Positions 13,707-28,282 of a stretch of 64,000 nucleotides of DNA are shown piece after piece; the stretch's first letter is position 1; each line of letters starts with the position of its first letter. The notes beneath the pieces are model-generated. The model worked only from the letters and a program-made list of their open reading frames with translations, had not been told where the DNA came from and did no database searches. Both the position numbers and the translations under genes were made by a program. The DNA is taken from the NCBI GenBank assembly GCA_951406725.2, contig OX597823.1, positions 85,002,001 through 85,066,000 on the forward strand, written 5' to 3'. The DNA is from Octopus vulgaris (lineage: Eukaryota).

Positions 13707-14275
13707 GTTATTCATATTGCTTTAAATGGATAACCGTTGTATCGCTCCATGTGTTGCTGGATAGAACCACAAAACGTGATAGAAAAACAAAACAAAGAAA
13801 TTAAAGACACTTTTGAAACCAGCTCAGTTACATTATCCAATATGTTATAGGAATTTGCGAAAATGGATTGAAAATGTTTCATATATGTGTGATTTGTACA
13901 CAATATTAACTTATGTGCACAGTAGAAAGTTTGTAAGTAGATTATTTAGATAAATAAGGAAAAAATAACGTCCTCATATCCTTCCCATTCAATTTCTTTA
14001 TACCCGCACAAACGCACAAACACTACCACATTATTCACGTGTGTGTATATACATACATATACATAGATATAAATAGACGTGTGTGCGTGTAAATACATAC
14101 ATATATATGTATATATAAATATATCTGCATCTATATAGCAATATATACATATATATGTATATACATATGTGTATGTGTGTATATACGTATATATTTCATT
14201 AATTCACAAATATATGTGATTTCATACATGTATATGTATATATGATATCAATATATATGTATACAGAACTGTATG

Positions 14276-14313
<38 letters not shown>

Positions 14314-14368
14314 ATATATATATATATGTGCATATATATATATATATATTTATATATATATGTGCATA

Positions 14369-14426
<58 letters not shown>

Positions 14427-15491
14427 AAATATGTAGATATATGTATATATTATATGTATATAATAAATATATAATAGGTGTAAATATGTATTGATATACA
14501 AAGAAAGGTAGAACAGAAGCAGTGTAAAATGGAAGAAAACTGGGAATTATCACGAATGTATGATACCTTTTGTTTCGGTGACAATTGTTGCCGTCTCAGA
14601 ATATCTTCAGGGCATATGGATAAATTGTGTATTTTATCCAGTGCAAGTTTGCGATAAAATAGAGGAAAATAGATAGAAAATTTTTTTTTTTTAAATAGCA
14701 CAATAGTTTACATGTATGTTGTGAAATACTAAATGTAAAAAGAAAGAAGAAAAGTAAAGAAAAGAAGATAGAAAGAGAAAAATAAAGAAAAACCTGTTGG
14801 CCCTTCGGGGAAAAAAACTTGAATACTCTTTCTGATTTTATTATTTCATTCTGTGAAGAGTTATCGAAAAATATATTCTGTGATATATACCTCTCATTTT
14901 TTTCACATTGTGTTCTGCGTTCCATTACATATTGTTGCTGCTGTTTGGTAGGAAGAAACGAAATATCTAACCCTTGGTAAAAGAAGGTTTATTCAATGTA
15001 GTTATTTCTTTAGATATATTCACCAAAATAATTAATTAGCTCCAAGCGAAAGAGATGACAAACAATGACGGATAATGTGTTTATAGTATTATTCTTATTT
15101 TTATCACTTTTATTATTAATATTACATTTTCTTTTTGGCATTTTCCTTTCTATCGCAAACGAAAACGAAAAAAAAAACGTTTCTTTTTGTATTCTTTTCA
15201 ATTTTTTTTTTCAAAAAAATGCTGTAATAAAAAAATGTTTTTCTTGTCAGAAGAAGAAATAACTTACAATGTATTAGTGGAATTAAGTTTATTAAGCTTC
15301 GTGAACATTAAATTATCCGATGTTTATCGTACGATTTCTTTAAAAATACACAGTAGTGTAAGTAACAGAGTTACTAATGTAGAATATAATACTATAATAC
15401 TATACATAACAATTATGCTACGTCAAATAATTACTAACACAGAACAAAGGAAAGCAGAAATGGCAATACATACAAATACATACAAACGTAC

Positions 15492-15626
<135 letters not shown>

Positions 15627-15794
15627 CATAGATATCTGTATGTGTATATATATATGTATATATGTACATATCTGCGTATACATAGACACACAAACACATG
15701 TATACATGTATATGTATATATGTATATATATATATATATATATAAATAAATGTATGTATGTGTCTATGTGTCGGTTTGTCTATCTATCTATCTG

Positions 15795-15884
<90 letters not shown>

Positions 15885-16268
15885 TAGATTTACATAGGTT
15901 ATACTAATCTAGTAGCGAAGAAATGACGACCCAGTACATATCAACGTAGAAAATAAAAAAATATCTATTCAAGACATTTATACTATTCCTTGGCTGAGAG
16001 TTGCCTTGTTTCTATAAGTTTTGAAAAATAATTTATGGCAAATTCCGCTAAATGAACGCAGTAAGTGGAGTAATTGCAAAATATATATTCCCCTAATGAA
16101 ATGGTTTCGTCAATCATATATCCTAGTTTTTAGCTTAATGGAGCTCTGCAGTATACTCCTCTGCATTAGATTGTGGTCTAATAGCCGAGTTTGCCAGTGG
16201 AGCTTTCTGTGATAGCCACGAGATATTATACTACAAATGTATACATGCATACATACCTACATACATAC

Positions 16269-18905
16269 GACACAACATCAACAACAGCGCAGTCGAGGAA
16301 CAGCAGGAAAACAACAGCTCAAGAGGTAAACAAATTCTTTCTAACTTTAGTTATATAAGAAACGGTAATTACAAAACTCGTTTCTCTTGGAGTTATGAAT
16401 TGAATACTGATCTATTTAAGTGCTACAATGAAGCGAAACAAAACACCGCTGTTGGCTATATGAATCGATTGAAATCATATTGGGACGATCTGCATCCAGA
16501 ATTAAATAATTTTACTGCAAACCAACTACACCAACAAGGAACATTTGTAGAACATAAGAAGAAGGTTAGGAACTATAACTTTGCTAAAAAATAGAAAATT
16601 AACCTTCTTCCCAACTCTATAAAAAAGCGAAGCCCATCACGTGGTTTCATAGCTAGCCGACGTCCCAGTAGATTCTATAGCTCCTGCCAGTCAAACTACA
16701 TTACTGGCTCAAGTACCTGACAACAATTATCCCCCAACAACAATTATGGTAAGTAGCAGGCCCACCTGCAACTACTGAGGTAGCAGTAGTGGCAGTCAGG
16801 ATTATATTCCGGTGAAATGTGTTCTTACTGAAATTTTCTGATAAACTATAATTTTGGCTTTGAAGTGCTCATTCGAAGAGAGAATATTCTCTACCAAAGT
16901 AAGGAAAAACCACTAGATACGGTATTTAAAACTGTTAACGAAATTGGTGATGAGTATCTACAGCAGTGTGATGAACCCACATGCTGGCAGATTAACGCCT
17001 GTCTATATGCTCTGGCTACTATTGTAAAACAGTACATGAATGATATTCAAAAAGTAAACGAAACCGAAACAACAAAAAAGTACCATCATGGGTTTTGAAG
17101 ACAGAGAAAAAGATAACTGGTTTATGGAAGACCATCAGTCGTGTAATGATGCTTCCTGAGTGCAAGCAAGCAAATCAATATAGGTCCCTCCAATAGAAAG
17201 TGAAGGAGATAGAAATGATGTTTGGAGACTGCCACAAGAGGACACGTACTTGCAAACAGATTATCCTCAAGCAGGAGTTAAAAGCTGTCAGTGAAAAGCT
17301 CTGACATCAGAAGAGATTGACCAAGAGAAGAACAACAACCAGAAACCAGGCAGCAGTAAAAAGTACACAGAGTCATGAGAGGAGGAAAGTCTGGAGTGAA
17401 TAGGAGTTTAACCAAGATACTATGTGGCTAGAAGAAAACCGAAGAAGGTATTGCTCCTGCATTCACCCAAGACATACAACATTGATGGTGAAACACTTGC
17501 AGCTGTGATCCAGAAAATCTAGGATGGAAAATCACCTGGAAAAGACTTGATTGTTGTATATTGGTACAAGAAGCTAACTTTCTACCGACTATGTCTTATC
17601 AATTTGTACCAGCAAGCTCTTAATAGGAACAGTAGCATAGAACACTAGAGTAGTTCTAGCAGAGACAATAGTGATCCCCAAATTCAGAACCATGCACATG
17701 GCAAAAACTACTGGCCAATTACATGCTAGAACTTAATGCTTAAACGTCTTCCGCCAGGACCATTGTGAAACCAATAACAACATCATAGCAGAACTAACGT
17801 CCGCGAAGAAGGGAGTCTGGAGATGTGCCGAGCAATAGTTAATCAACGAAAGTGAGATGTCAAAGGTGCGAGAGCATAAGAGGAACTTATTTTCAATGTG
17901 GCTAGACTACAAAAAAGCCTTTGACTCTGTTACCCACTCATGGGTGCTAACGGCCCTTCAACTTGCTAAAGTTCCAGTGTGCATAGTCAAAGCCATAGCT
18001 AACTTGATTTCATCGTGGGCCACCACCTTGAAATTAAATAAAAGTGTGACTGTATTATCACTGATAAAATACAGTACCGCAAGGACCTATTCCAAGGGGA
18101 TAGCCTCTGTTTGATGTTGGTTATGCTTTCTGTAAACCCCTAGTCATTTATGTTAAGGAAGTCTGAAGAATATCTGTCTGGTTCACAAGGGAGTAGAAAT
18201 ATCAAAATTACATACTGTTTCTTTGTGGATGAGTTGAAACTTTATGCAAAGGATATACATGAGATGCAAAGGATATACATGAGATGGAGTTTGGTCAGGA
18301 TAAATGTTGCTATATAATTGTGAAAAGGGTGAAAACTGTAAACCAGACTAGCAACATCTCCATTAATGCATTGACTGTTTCTCCTATATCTGACGAGGAA
18401 TGATACAGGTATCTAGGGGTGGATGAAAATATATCTGACGATAGTACATATAGCAATACATCTGTCACTGAAGAATGTTACAGCCGAAAAAAGAACATTT
18501 GGACCTCAGAACTCTCCGTATTCAATAAAACAGAGACCCACAATGTGTTTGCAGTGCCAGGACTCATAGCAACATTTGGGCTGCTGGCTGTACGCTTGAT
18601 GAGATCCGAGTCATTGATCGAAAAACCCGAAAAATACTAACATGCATACATAATTTCCATATAAACAGTGACGTAGACCAACTCTGCCTAAAACAATAAG
18701 AAGGCGGTAGAGGTTTAACATCGATCCAAAATGCCTTTGAATGTCGCATCATATCCCTTCGGCAACATCTTTTAACTACCAAGTGTCGAAGTGCATCCCT
18801 TGACCAACTTTGCATACATGAGGCTGATAACATCATAAGACTTGGAAGGCAGCTCCTTGGGCAACATTCTTTGTCAGATAACCTAAAATACATGCCCAAA
18901 GCAGT
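16269..18905 (+). pseudogene. Decayed R4/Dong-clade LINE, N-terminus through RT and thumb
   Basis: MNTDLFKCYNEAK..GYMNRLKSYWDDLHPEL; WLDYKKAFDSVTHSW; FQGDSL; FFVDELKLYA; YRYLGVDE; EGGRGL; many stops and frameshifts. Confidence 0.9.
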
Positions 18906-18982
18906 CTAGTATATTCTTTTAATTTAACTCATTAATAAAATATATCACTACTAACTAACTATGAATCTATATAAATAGAAAT

Positions 18983-19031
<49 letters not shown>

Positions 19032-19714
19032 GAAATACAAAATTATTTCTATATTTTCTATCCCTATATAAGATTAGAATCCTTTGGAAAAAAACTATCT
19101 GAGGGATATTTATGTAAAATTCGCAAAGAGAATTATGGCTCTTAAATGGTAAAGAACATTAGAAATCTTTAGAGCATTAGTAGTCTCTATTCTCCCTACC
19201 CCACTAGCTTCAGCCTACTAACTTTAGCTAAAATACATTCAAATATGCCTGAGGTAAATTCCTCAAAATGGGGATGGATTTATGACTTTGACTACCCCTT
19301 CTTCTTTCTATAAATAGAAAAAGTTCTTGTTTGTCTCCATTGAACCAAATAAAGAAACCCCCTCCCCATTGATAAATCTAAATAACAAAGTGAACTCAGT
19401 GATAAAAAATCTACAGATGGAGAAGGACTTTCTACTACCATGTGCTTAAATATAACATTAACCCCTCTGTCTATATATCTACCCTCTTTATAATATTGAC
19501 AAATGAAATATGTATAAAAATGTACATTATCCATTTAATAAAAAAAATTTTATATGTGGCTGAAGATTGCTTTACATTTTAAAACTGATGTAATACTTAC
19601 ATTGTTAAATAAAATGAAGTAGCATGAAACGATTGTACTATACTACCTTGGATATCCTTGTTGCTTATTTTGATATATACATACATACATACATACATAT
19701 ATACATATGTATAT

Positions 19715-19812
19715 GAAGGTTCATGGCTCAGTGGTTAGAGCGTCGGGCTCACAAACATGAGGCAATGAGTTCAATTTCCGAACCGGACTGTTTGTTGTGT
19801 TCTTGAGTAAGG
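19715..19812 (+). mobile_element. SINE C tRNA-like head only
   Basis: TGGCTCAGTGG A box, GAGTTCAATTTCC B box, ttgtgttcttgagtaa. Confidence 0.75.
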
Positions 19813-19821
19813 TTTTTTTTT

Positions 19822-21595
19822 TATGGCTCCCTCACAGACAGTCCAACTATAATCAGTGAGATGCTGAATGACCAGTTCAAAAGTGTCTTTACCACCCCGT
19901 TGGAACACAGACAAGTGAACGAACCAGTGGACTTCTTTGCCGCCTCACCTATAACCAGCGAGGCGGTTACAATAGAATGTATTGACATTAGTGAAAAAGA
20001 TATCCTACTAGCCATAGATGAAGTGGACACAAACTCAGCTGCTGGTCCAGACAGTTTCCCAGCCATCCTCCTCGAAGCGTGTAAGCATGCCCTGGCAAAA
20101 CCCCTCAAGATTCTCTTCCAGAGCTTTCTTGCGAATGGCAAACTGCCAAGCAAGCTGAAGGAGAGAATAATATGCCCAACACATAAAGGGGGAAGTAGAG
20201 CAGATGCCAAAAACTATAGGCCTATCTCTCTGACTTCACACATCAGCAAAGTCATGGAACGAATAGTTTCCGACCAGGTAGGAGCTCTTACAGCATTATG
20301 ACTGGGTGTTGAGGCAGTTACTCAACAAATCAAATGTGGACGTAATCTACCTTGATTTTGCAAAAGCTTTTGACAAGGTGGATCATCGTATGATATGCCA
20401 CAAACTACGTGACCTCGGCATAGCTGGAAAACTTGGAGTGTGGTTGCATGACTTCCTGAAAGATAGGAGTCAGGCAGTGGTGGTTAATGGAGCCACCTCT
20501 ATGAACACACAAATAGTGAGCGGTGTTCCACAGCGCACTGTCTTGGGACCACTGCTTTTTATAGTGGCCCTCTTAGATATGCCTTCAAGTGCCCGGATAG
20601 CTACTCTGGCCAGCTATGCAGACGATACGAAAGTCTCGCAGAAAATACAGAACCCCAGCGATGTTGCACACTTGCAGCAGTATTTGGACTCAATCAACAG
20701 ATGGGCTGAGGATAATAATATGCAGTTTAATGCTGAAAAATTCCAGGCCCTGCGCTACCAGCATCCAAAACTGAATATTAAACTTACAGGATACACCGGT
20801 CCACAGGGAATTTCAAGTGCACATTACCAGGATGGCGACAAAATGCAGACGACTGGCTGGGTGGATCCTAAGTGCACATTACCAGGATGGCGACAAAATG
20901 CAGACGACTGGCTGGGTGGATCCTAAGAACATTCAGAACCAGAGATAAGGAAACCATGATGGTCCTCTGGTGGACATTCGTCCTCAGTCGCCTGGATTAC
21001 TGCTCACAGCTATGGTCACCCACCAGTGTAAAATTAACAGCGGACCTTGAATCAATCCAGAGAAGATTCACAAAGAAGATCATCTCTTTGCAACAGCTCA
21101 GCTACTGGGAAAGGATGAAACAGCTAAGACTCTACTCCCGTGAGAGAAGACGGGAGAGGTATGCAGTAATATATGTCTGGAAGATCCTGGAAGGAATTGT
21201 GCCAAATTTTGGCATTGTAATCTACACTAATGCTAGAACGGGACTACACTGCATAGTACCAAAGATCCCAGCAATGCCATCACGCTTCAGGATCAGCTTC
21301 TGCAACAGCCTGGGTTTCAAGGGCCCACAGCTTTTTAATATTCTCCCAAAGAGTCTGAAGAACTTGCACAAAGTGGATGTAGCGGTTTTTAAATCAAAAC
21401 TGGACATCCTCCTGTCAAGAGTTCCAGATGAACCTACCTCACGGCAGGAGGTGCAAATGAGAGTAGCTATATCAAACTCCATTTTTCACCAAGTGCCACA
21501 TATTAGACGAGGTTCGTCGTAATAAAAGTGTAGCACAAGACGGCGGTGCATCAGCATGGCCGCAGCTCTGAGCTGAAACTAGGAAAAAAAAAAAA
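19822..21595 (+). pseudogene. 5'-truncated CR1/L2-group LINE ORF2 (reverse transcriptase) with 3' UTR and poly(A)
   Basis: NYRPISLTS, YLDFAKAFDKVDH, GVPQRTVLGP, SYADDTK, SRLDYCSQLWSP; frameshifts; A-tail at 21584-21595. Confidence 0.95.
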
Positions 21596-22270
21596 TATAT
21601 ATATTTATAAATTGAATCAAGCAGTACTCAGAGTAAGAATACTATATGCCAATAAGATGTCCTGAGGAGTAGTTTCTGTTCATTATTGACCATACCATTA
21701 TATGCGTAACTATAAAAAGATAAATGACTGTACAATGTATTAAATTAGTATGCGAATTATAATGAATGACAATGACGTTACTGAGTATGGTTTATGAAAC
21801 AGCCGCAATTATAAGTTACAAATATTATTCACCGCTCACTTCTTAATTATGCATACATACATACATACATACATACATACATACATACATACATACATAC
21901 ATACATACATACATACATACATACATACATACATACATGCATACGTATATGTGTGTGTATACTCAAATTTCTGAGTGTGAATTTGGGAGTTTGTACAGCC
22001 TACTACACGTATGAAAAAAATTCTATATGTATACATGTATTTCATGTATGACGTGACATGGTTATGTATCTATGCACTTTAGTTCATCCTATGATGTATA
22101 TGTATGTGCATCTACGTATGTAATACATAAATACGTACATATGTATACATATATATATATATATGCATGTATCTTCAAAAGCGAGGCGCTACCATTATGC
22201 TCCTGCCTACCGAGATAATACCTAACACCCGAAACCATGTGTCTGCGATTTCAACCCCTCAATCAAATAG

Positions 22271-22305
<35 letters not shown>

Positions 22306-22393
22306 TGCATGCATACATACATAAAGAAGCATTTACATATATGTATACGTAGCTATATATTTATATACATATATTTATGTATATATATATATG

Positions 22394-22435
<42 letters not shown>

Positions 22436-22746
22436 GATATATTATCATATATATTTATATGAATATTGTACCTATGTACATATGATTATATGGGAGTGTT
22501 TGATTGCCACATATTAGCGCCTATTATTGCAAATCCAGAATAAAAAAAATTAGAACAAGTGAAAGGGAGAGAGAAAAAGTCACCGACTGAGATTCAATTT
22601 CCGTTTTAACACATATCATTTCCGGTTCAACAGACATCCTTTACATCACTGATGGAGTAAGAATAGGCATCGTTGTCACATGTTTCAGACATTTGTGTTT
22701 CAAACGTTACGCAGCATTTGTAGATAAATTAATACATATACATACA

Positions 22747-22782
<36 letters not shown>

Positions 22783-22865
22783 TATGTATATATATATGTA
22801 TAGACGGATAGGTAGATAGATAGATATAGATACGTATACATATATATATGTAAATATATGTATGT

Positions 22866-22916
<51 letters not shown>

Positions 22917-23452
22917 TACAGACAAACATAAATATATATATATATATATATATACATTATATATACATATATAGGTATATACATCTTTGTGTAATATATA
23001 TGTATGTGCATATATATATATATACACGCTCACATACACACACTCACACACATACATATATGTATATACATACATATGCATACAAACATATGTTTGCAAG
23101 CATATACGCATACATTCATACATGCATATCTACGGGTATGTATGTTTGTATGTATGTAAACGAGTGTACGAAGCTATATATGAAAATACCATTTCGATGA
23201 TCCGAGATCATGTCACTAGTTCCAACGTTTCATGATAAAAAACTTTATAAATGGCATGTAAATGTTCTAGAATATGTGGTTAGCGAACATGTTGGATGTA
23301 AAACATGTTGAAACAATATTCATATACAGCTAATGGGTGCAGATACTTCTTAGACCATGCATCTCAACGCTGATATCAATTAAACATGGCTGTTCTCTAA
23401 GAAAAGTTTATATAATTTTGATGGTTATTGTGTATGTACTTCTTTGTAGATA

Positions 23453-24009
23453 TTGGGTTGTCCGGAAAGTTCTTGCCGATTTTTAAAAGAAAGAAAAGCG
23501 TCAATAATATTTGCCATTACCTTTTTAATCAACCAAATATCAACCATTTTGTTGCACACTGCGTCTCCATCTTACCTTTAACTTGAAAATACCCTCTTCC
23601 CAGAATTGAGGTGGTTTTATGGCAAAGAATTCATCAAAGTGTCTTTTTACGTCATCCAAGGAATTGAAATTTTTACCATTAACACTAATCTACAGAGACC
23701 TGAATAAGAGGAAATCTGAAGGAGCAATATCTGGTGAATATGGAGGGTGGGGTAACACATTCCAGCCGAGCTGCAGGAATTTTTGTCTGCTTCCTAAATC
23801 ATCAAGTGCCGAAAATGAACTTTCTTATCTTCCATTTTAAAGAGTTACAGAATTAACACAGGTTATAGGAACGTAAACCTTCTTTCATAGATTAAACTGT
23901 GCTCTAAATGGAGGTGTAGTCAAATCCTATTTTATGGACTCAACCATGTTCTAAAATAAGTCGAAACGTAAGCTACTATAAATCTGCACGAACTTTCCGG
24001 ACAACCCAA
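23453..24009 (-). mobile_element. Internally deleted mariner transposon with both TIRs and TA target duplication
   Basis: TA-TTGGGTTGTCCGGAAAGTTC...GAACTTTCCGGACAACCCAA-TA; minus-strand HPPYSPDIAPSDF motif. Confidence 0.93.
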
Positions 24010-24114
24010 TACATTTCTATTCTTCTTAATTTTTAGATAGTGGAGAAGTAAAGAGTACGAAAGCTTATAATACTAATACTAGTAATAATATATCGTTTAA
24101 TAATTATAATCAGG

Positions 24115-24300
24115 AAAAGTGCGGCGCGCTGGTTGAATTGTTAGGAGGCCGGCTAAAATACTTAACGGTGTTTACGTTCTGAGTTGAAATTCATCCTTTC
24201 GGCATCGATAAACTAAGTACCAGATAAGTATTGGGGTTGATGTATTTTACGTGTCTCCCGCCATCAAAATTGCTGGCCTCATGCTAATATTTGAGACCAA
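24115..24300 (+). mobile_element. SINE A, degenerate
   Basis: tttacgttctgagttgaaattcatcctttcggcatcgataaactaagtacca. Confidence 0.7.
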
Positions 24301-24379
24301 TAATCATAATCTCAAATAATTTCGTCATTAACTCTTAGGTTCACGGGAATATGCACATCAGTGATAATCCAATGTATAT

Positions 24380-24770
24380 ATGTCATTATTCAGTTTATTT
24401 CAAGATTTCTTGCCAATAGGAAAAGAACCGGTTCTTAACATAGATCCAAGGCTCCTTCAATAGAATTTCAACATCAACAACAGGGTATTTTTGTTTGTAT
24501 GTATGTATGTATGTATGTATGTATGTATGTATGTATGTATGTATATGTGCAGATTTGTATGTTTTAAGTATGTATTCTCATGCATATAATTGCATATCTA
24601 GACATGCTCATATATATTTAAATGATAAACTTCTGCAAAGTCTTACAGATTTTTACAGTACTAGTGATGGATCGGATTTGTAGTTTTCGAATTAACTTTC
24701 TCCTTTCTGATTTTGAGAAGCCAAATTCCTGAAGATTGCAGTTTAGACACTGTGTTACATATCTCAGGTG
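24380..24770 (-). mobile_element. 3' end of the R4-like family also at 60375-61440, with internal (CATA)n
   Basis: 24547-24730 aligns with 60381-60570 (gtgcagatttgtatg...catatctagacat...aaatgataaactt...agtgatggat). Confidence 0.85.
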
Positions 24771-24854
24771 TATGCATATGTGTATGTGTGTGTGTGTGTG
24801 TGCTTATATAGATATACATGTGTAAATATCTGTCTGTCTGTCTATGTAAAAGTG

Positions 24855-25170
24855 GAAAAGGTAAAAACCCTCTTTGGTCGTGAATGACCATAGGATTGTA
24901 CTTAGAAAGTTCGCCTCCGAGTCACAAGCCTGTGCAAGGTTGTTTATATTGGAGACCAGCAGTCGCGCATGCCTATCAGTCTTCCCTCTCCTCACCACCG
25001 ATGTTATCAAAAAGAAAGGCAAAGGCTGATACAGCTTGTCTCCAGTAACGTCTCAAGTCATTTCTACAGCTGACTGAACTGGAGCAACGTGAAATAAAGT
25101 GCCTTGCTCAAGAACTCAACACACAGCCCGGTCAGCGAATCGAGCTCACTACCTCACAATTGTGAGCCCC
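24855..25170 (-). mobile_element. SINE C, body Y + tail 3
   Basis: cagctgactgaactggagcaacgtgaaataaagtgccttgctcaagaa shared with 51855-52102; distinct tail. Confidence 0.75.
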
Positions 25171-25405
25171 ACGAATATATATATATATACATAGTGAATT
25201 GAAAATTACAGTTAAGGCGACTATTATAGGCTTCATTTTGAGGCAACCTAGTGTCAAGAGAAGAGACACTTGCTCAAGAAATAACGCAGTGTGACCGAAA
25301 TGGGAACCTAAAGAGGTGAAGCAAGCTCGTGCAAAGCTTGGTATTGTCTGCATTATATAAGAATGTACTATCCGATAAATTTATACACACATATATACAT
25401 ATGCA

Positions 25406-25481
<76 letters not shown>

Positions 25482-25488
25482 CACCTAC

Positions 25489-25524
<36 letters not shown>

Positions 25525-25750
25525 ATACACACACATGTACATATATACATATATACCTATATATACAAATACATATGTATAAATATATATATATATATAC
25601 ATATACATGTATACCTGTGTGTCTGCGCGCGTGTGTGTTTGTGATTATGTATTTATATGCATATATGTATAAGTATATGGGTACACACACACACATACAT
25701 ATATATACATATATATTCACACAGACATGAATATGAGTGAATATATGGGA

Positions 25751-25785
<35 letters not shown>

Positions 25786-26699
25786 CGTGTGTGTATACAC
25801 ATACACATACATACATATGAATATACACATATATGCTAAAAATCACACGAGCGCACGCACCTGCACACTCACCCATACACACTAACATATATACACACAT
25901 ACAGACACATACACGTGTACATATGTGCGTGTGAATGTCGGTTTTACGTCAGGGCTGTTCATTTCTTTAATCATTCAGGGATAGTAAATATAACTGATAA
26001 CATTGGCATCTACTGTAAAGATATTTCGCTCCGTGTTTCCTCCACCATTGTCGATTTTATATACATTTTCTATGTAACTTCTTCTTTTTAATACAGTTAA
26101 ACGTCTTTGTATGTGGACAGAAGCCGGTAATGAAATCCTTTGCTAAAATCGTCTTTAAATTGCGAATAGAGTCTTTAGAATGGCCCAATATATCTCCTTT
26201 AGCAGAGCTTATCATGCTGTGCCTCTATCTAAGCTGACACAATGGAAACCAATTTCACTTTAGAAGTTTTGGGTGTACACATCTTTAGGCAATCCATTAA
26301 TGGATGATTTTTGATAACTGTTTCATCTAAGTCGGAAGAATTTAAGGTATATTGATAATTATCGTCCGCTAAGGTCTTCTTATGACCCACCTATCCTGAA
26401 ATCAATAATCCCAAAGTATCCTCACTCTTTCTCTTTCACTATCACTCTTTCTGCTCTCTCTCCCTCTCTCTGCTCTGCTTTACTCTCTTCCTTTCTCTCT
26501 CTCTTCTCTCTCTCTCTCTATCCATCTATCTATCTTATTGCGTTACTCATTCTGTCTCTTTCTATCTCATTACTTCTCTATCTTTCACTTCGTTTTTGCT
26601 TTCTCTCGTATGCCCTTACATCTACATCCATATATCTACCCACACACATCAGTCACTGAAGATGTACATACGCACACGCACACGCACATATATATACAT

Positions 26700-26736
<37 letters not shown>

Positions 26737-26765
26737 GGCTTGTATATACATATACATATATATAC

Positions 26766-26812
<47 letters not shown>

Positions 26813-26828
26813 TAATATATATATATAT

Positions 26829-26912
<84 letters not shown>

Positions 26913-26982
26913 GTATATACAAACCTACATATATGCGTACATGCAAGCATACATACAACATACACACACATACGCGTGCTCG

Positions 26983-27099
<117 letters not shown>

Positions 27100-27550
27100 G
27101 GACACACTGATAGTATTAATTGTTTGTCCATTTCTTTTGCTTGCTTTCTTCTTCGTATCCTTTCACCCGCAACCATCTGCACTCTTCTAAATTGTGAGCA
27201 GTGCGATCAAAATCTACTGGCGAATTTTCTGCGTCTACTCACCACCACCACCACCACCACCACTACTACTACTACTACTAATACTACTACCCCCATTATA
27301 TACATACATATATACTAGTAGTAGTTGTAGCGATAGTAGTAGTAGCGTTAGTGGTAGTAGTAGTGGTAATAAAGGTGGTGGTAGTAGCAGTAGTAGTAGC
27401 AGCAAAAGCAGTGGTAATAGTAATGATATTAGTGGTAGTAAAGGTGGTGGGCGTAGCAGTAGTAGTAGCAGCTAAAGCAGTATTAGTAGTTGTAGCAGCA
27501 GTAGCAGCAGCATTAGTAGTAGCAGCAAGAGCAGCAGCGGTAGTAATAAT

Positions 27551-27587
<37 letters not shown>

Positions 27588-27811
27588 GTAGTAGTAGTAG
27601 TAGTAGTGTGGTGGTGAGTGTATTGTAACAGCAATTCGCCGCATCAACCACTTGTTGGTGATTCCCTATCCCTAGCGGATGACACGTTTGCACCCTTCAG
27701 GCGACAATCATCGAGCCCATGGGCCTGCTTGGATATCCGTTGCCAACGAGGGTTTTACGAAGGCGGTAGTCGCCATTTACGGCACACATAATGCTTCTCC
27801 TGCTGCTGCCG

Positions 27812-27875
<64 letters not shown>

Positions 27876-27929
27876 ACGTGATTTAAGAATTATAAGAATA
27901 AATAACCACAGCAACAAGAATTAAAGTCT

Positions 27930-28246
<317 letters not shown>

Positions 28247-28282
28247 TAATGGTAATAATAATAATAATGATAATGGTAATAA

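Noticed and set aside
14891-15335. Minus-strand exon pair (donors near 15267 and 14890)
   Set aside because: Joining gives an early stop, and the second donor (GTATAT) is weak.
26090-26330. Penelope GIY-YIG C-terminus (..FCPHTKTF)
   Set aside because: Single short motif with stops nearby; unsupported.
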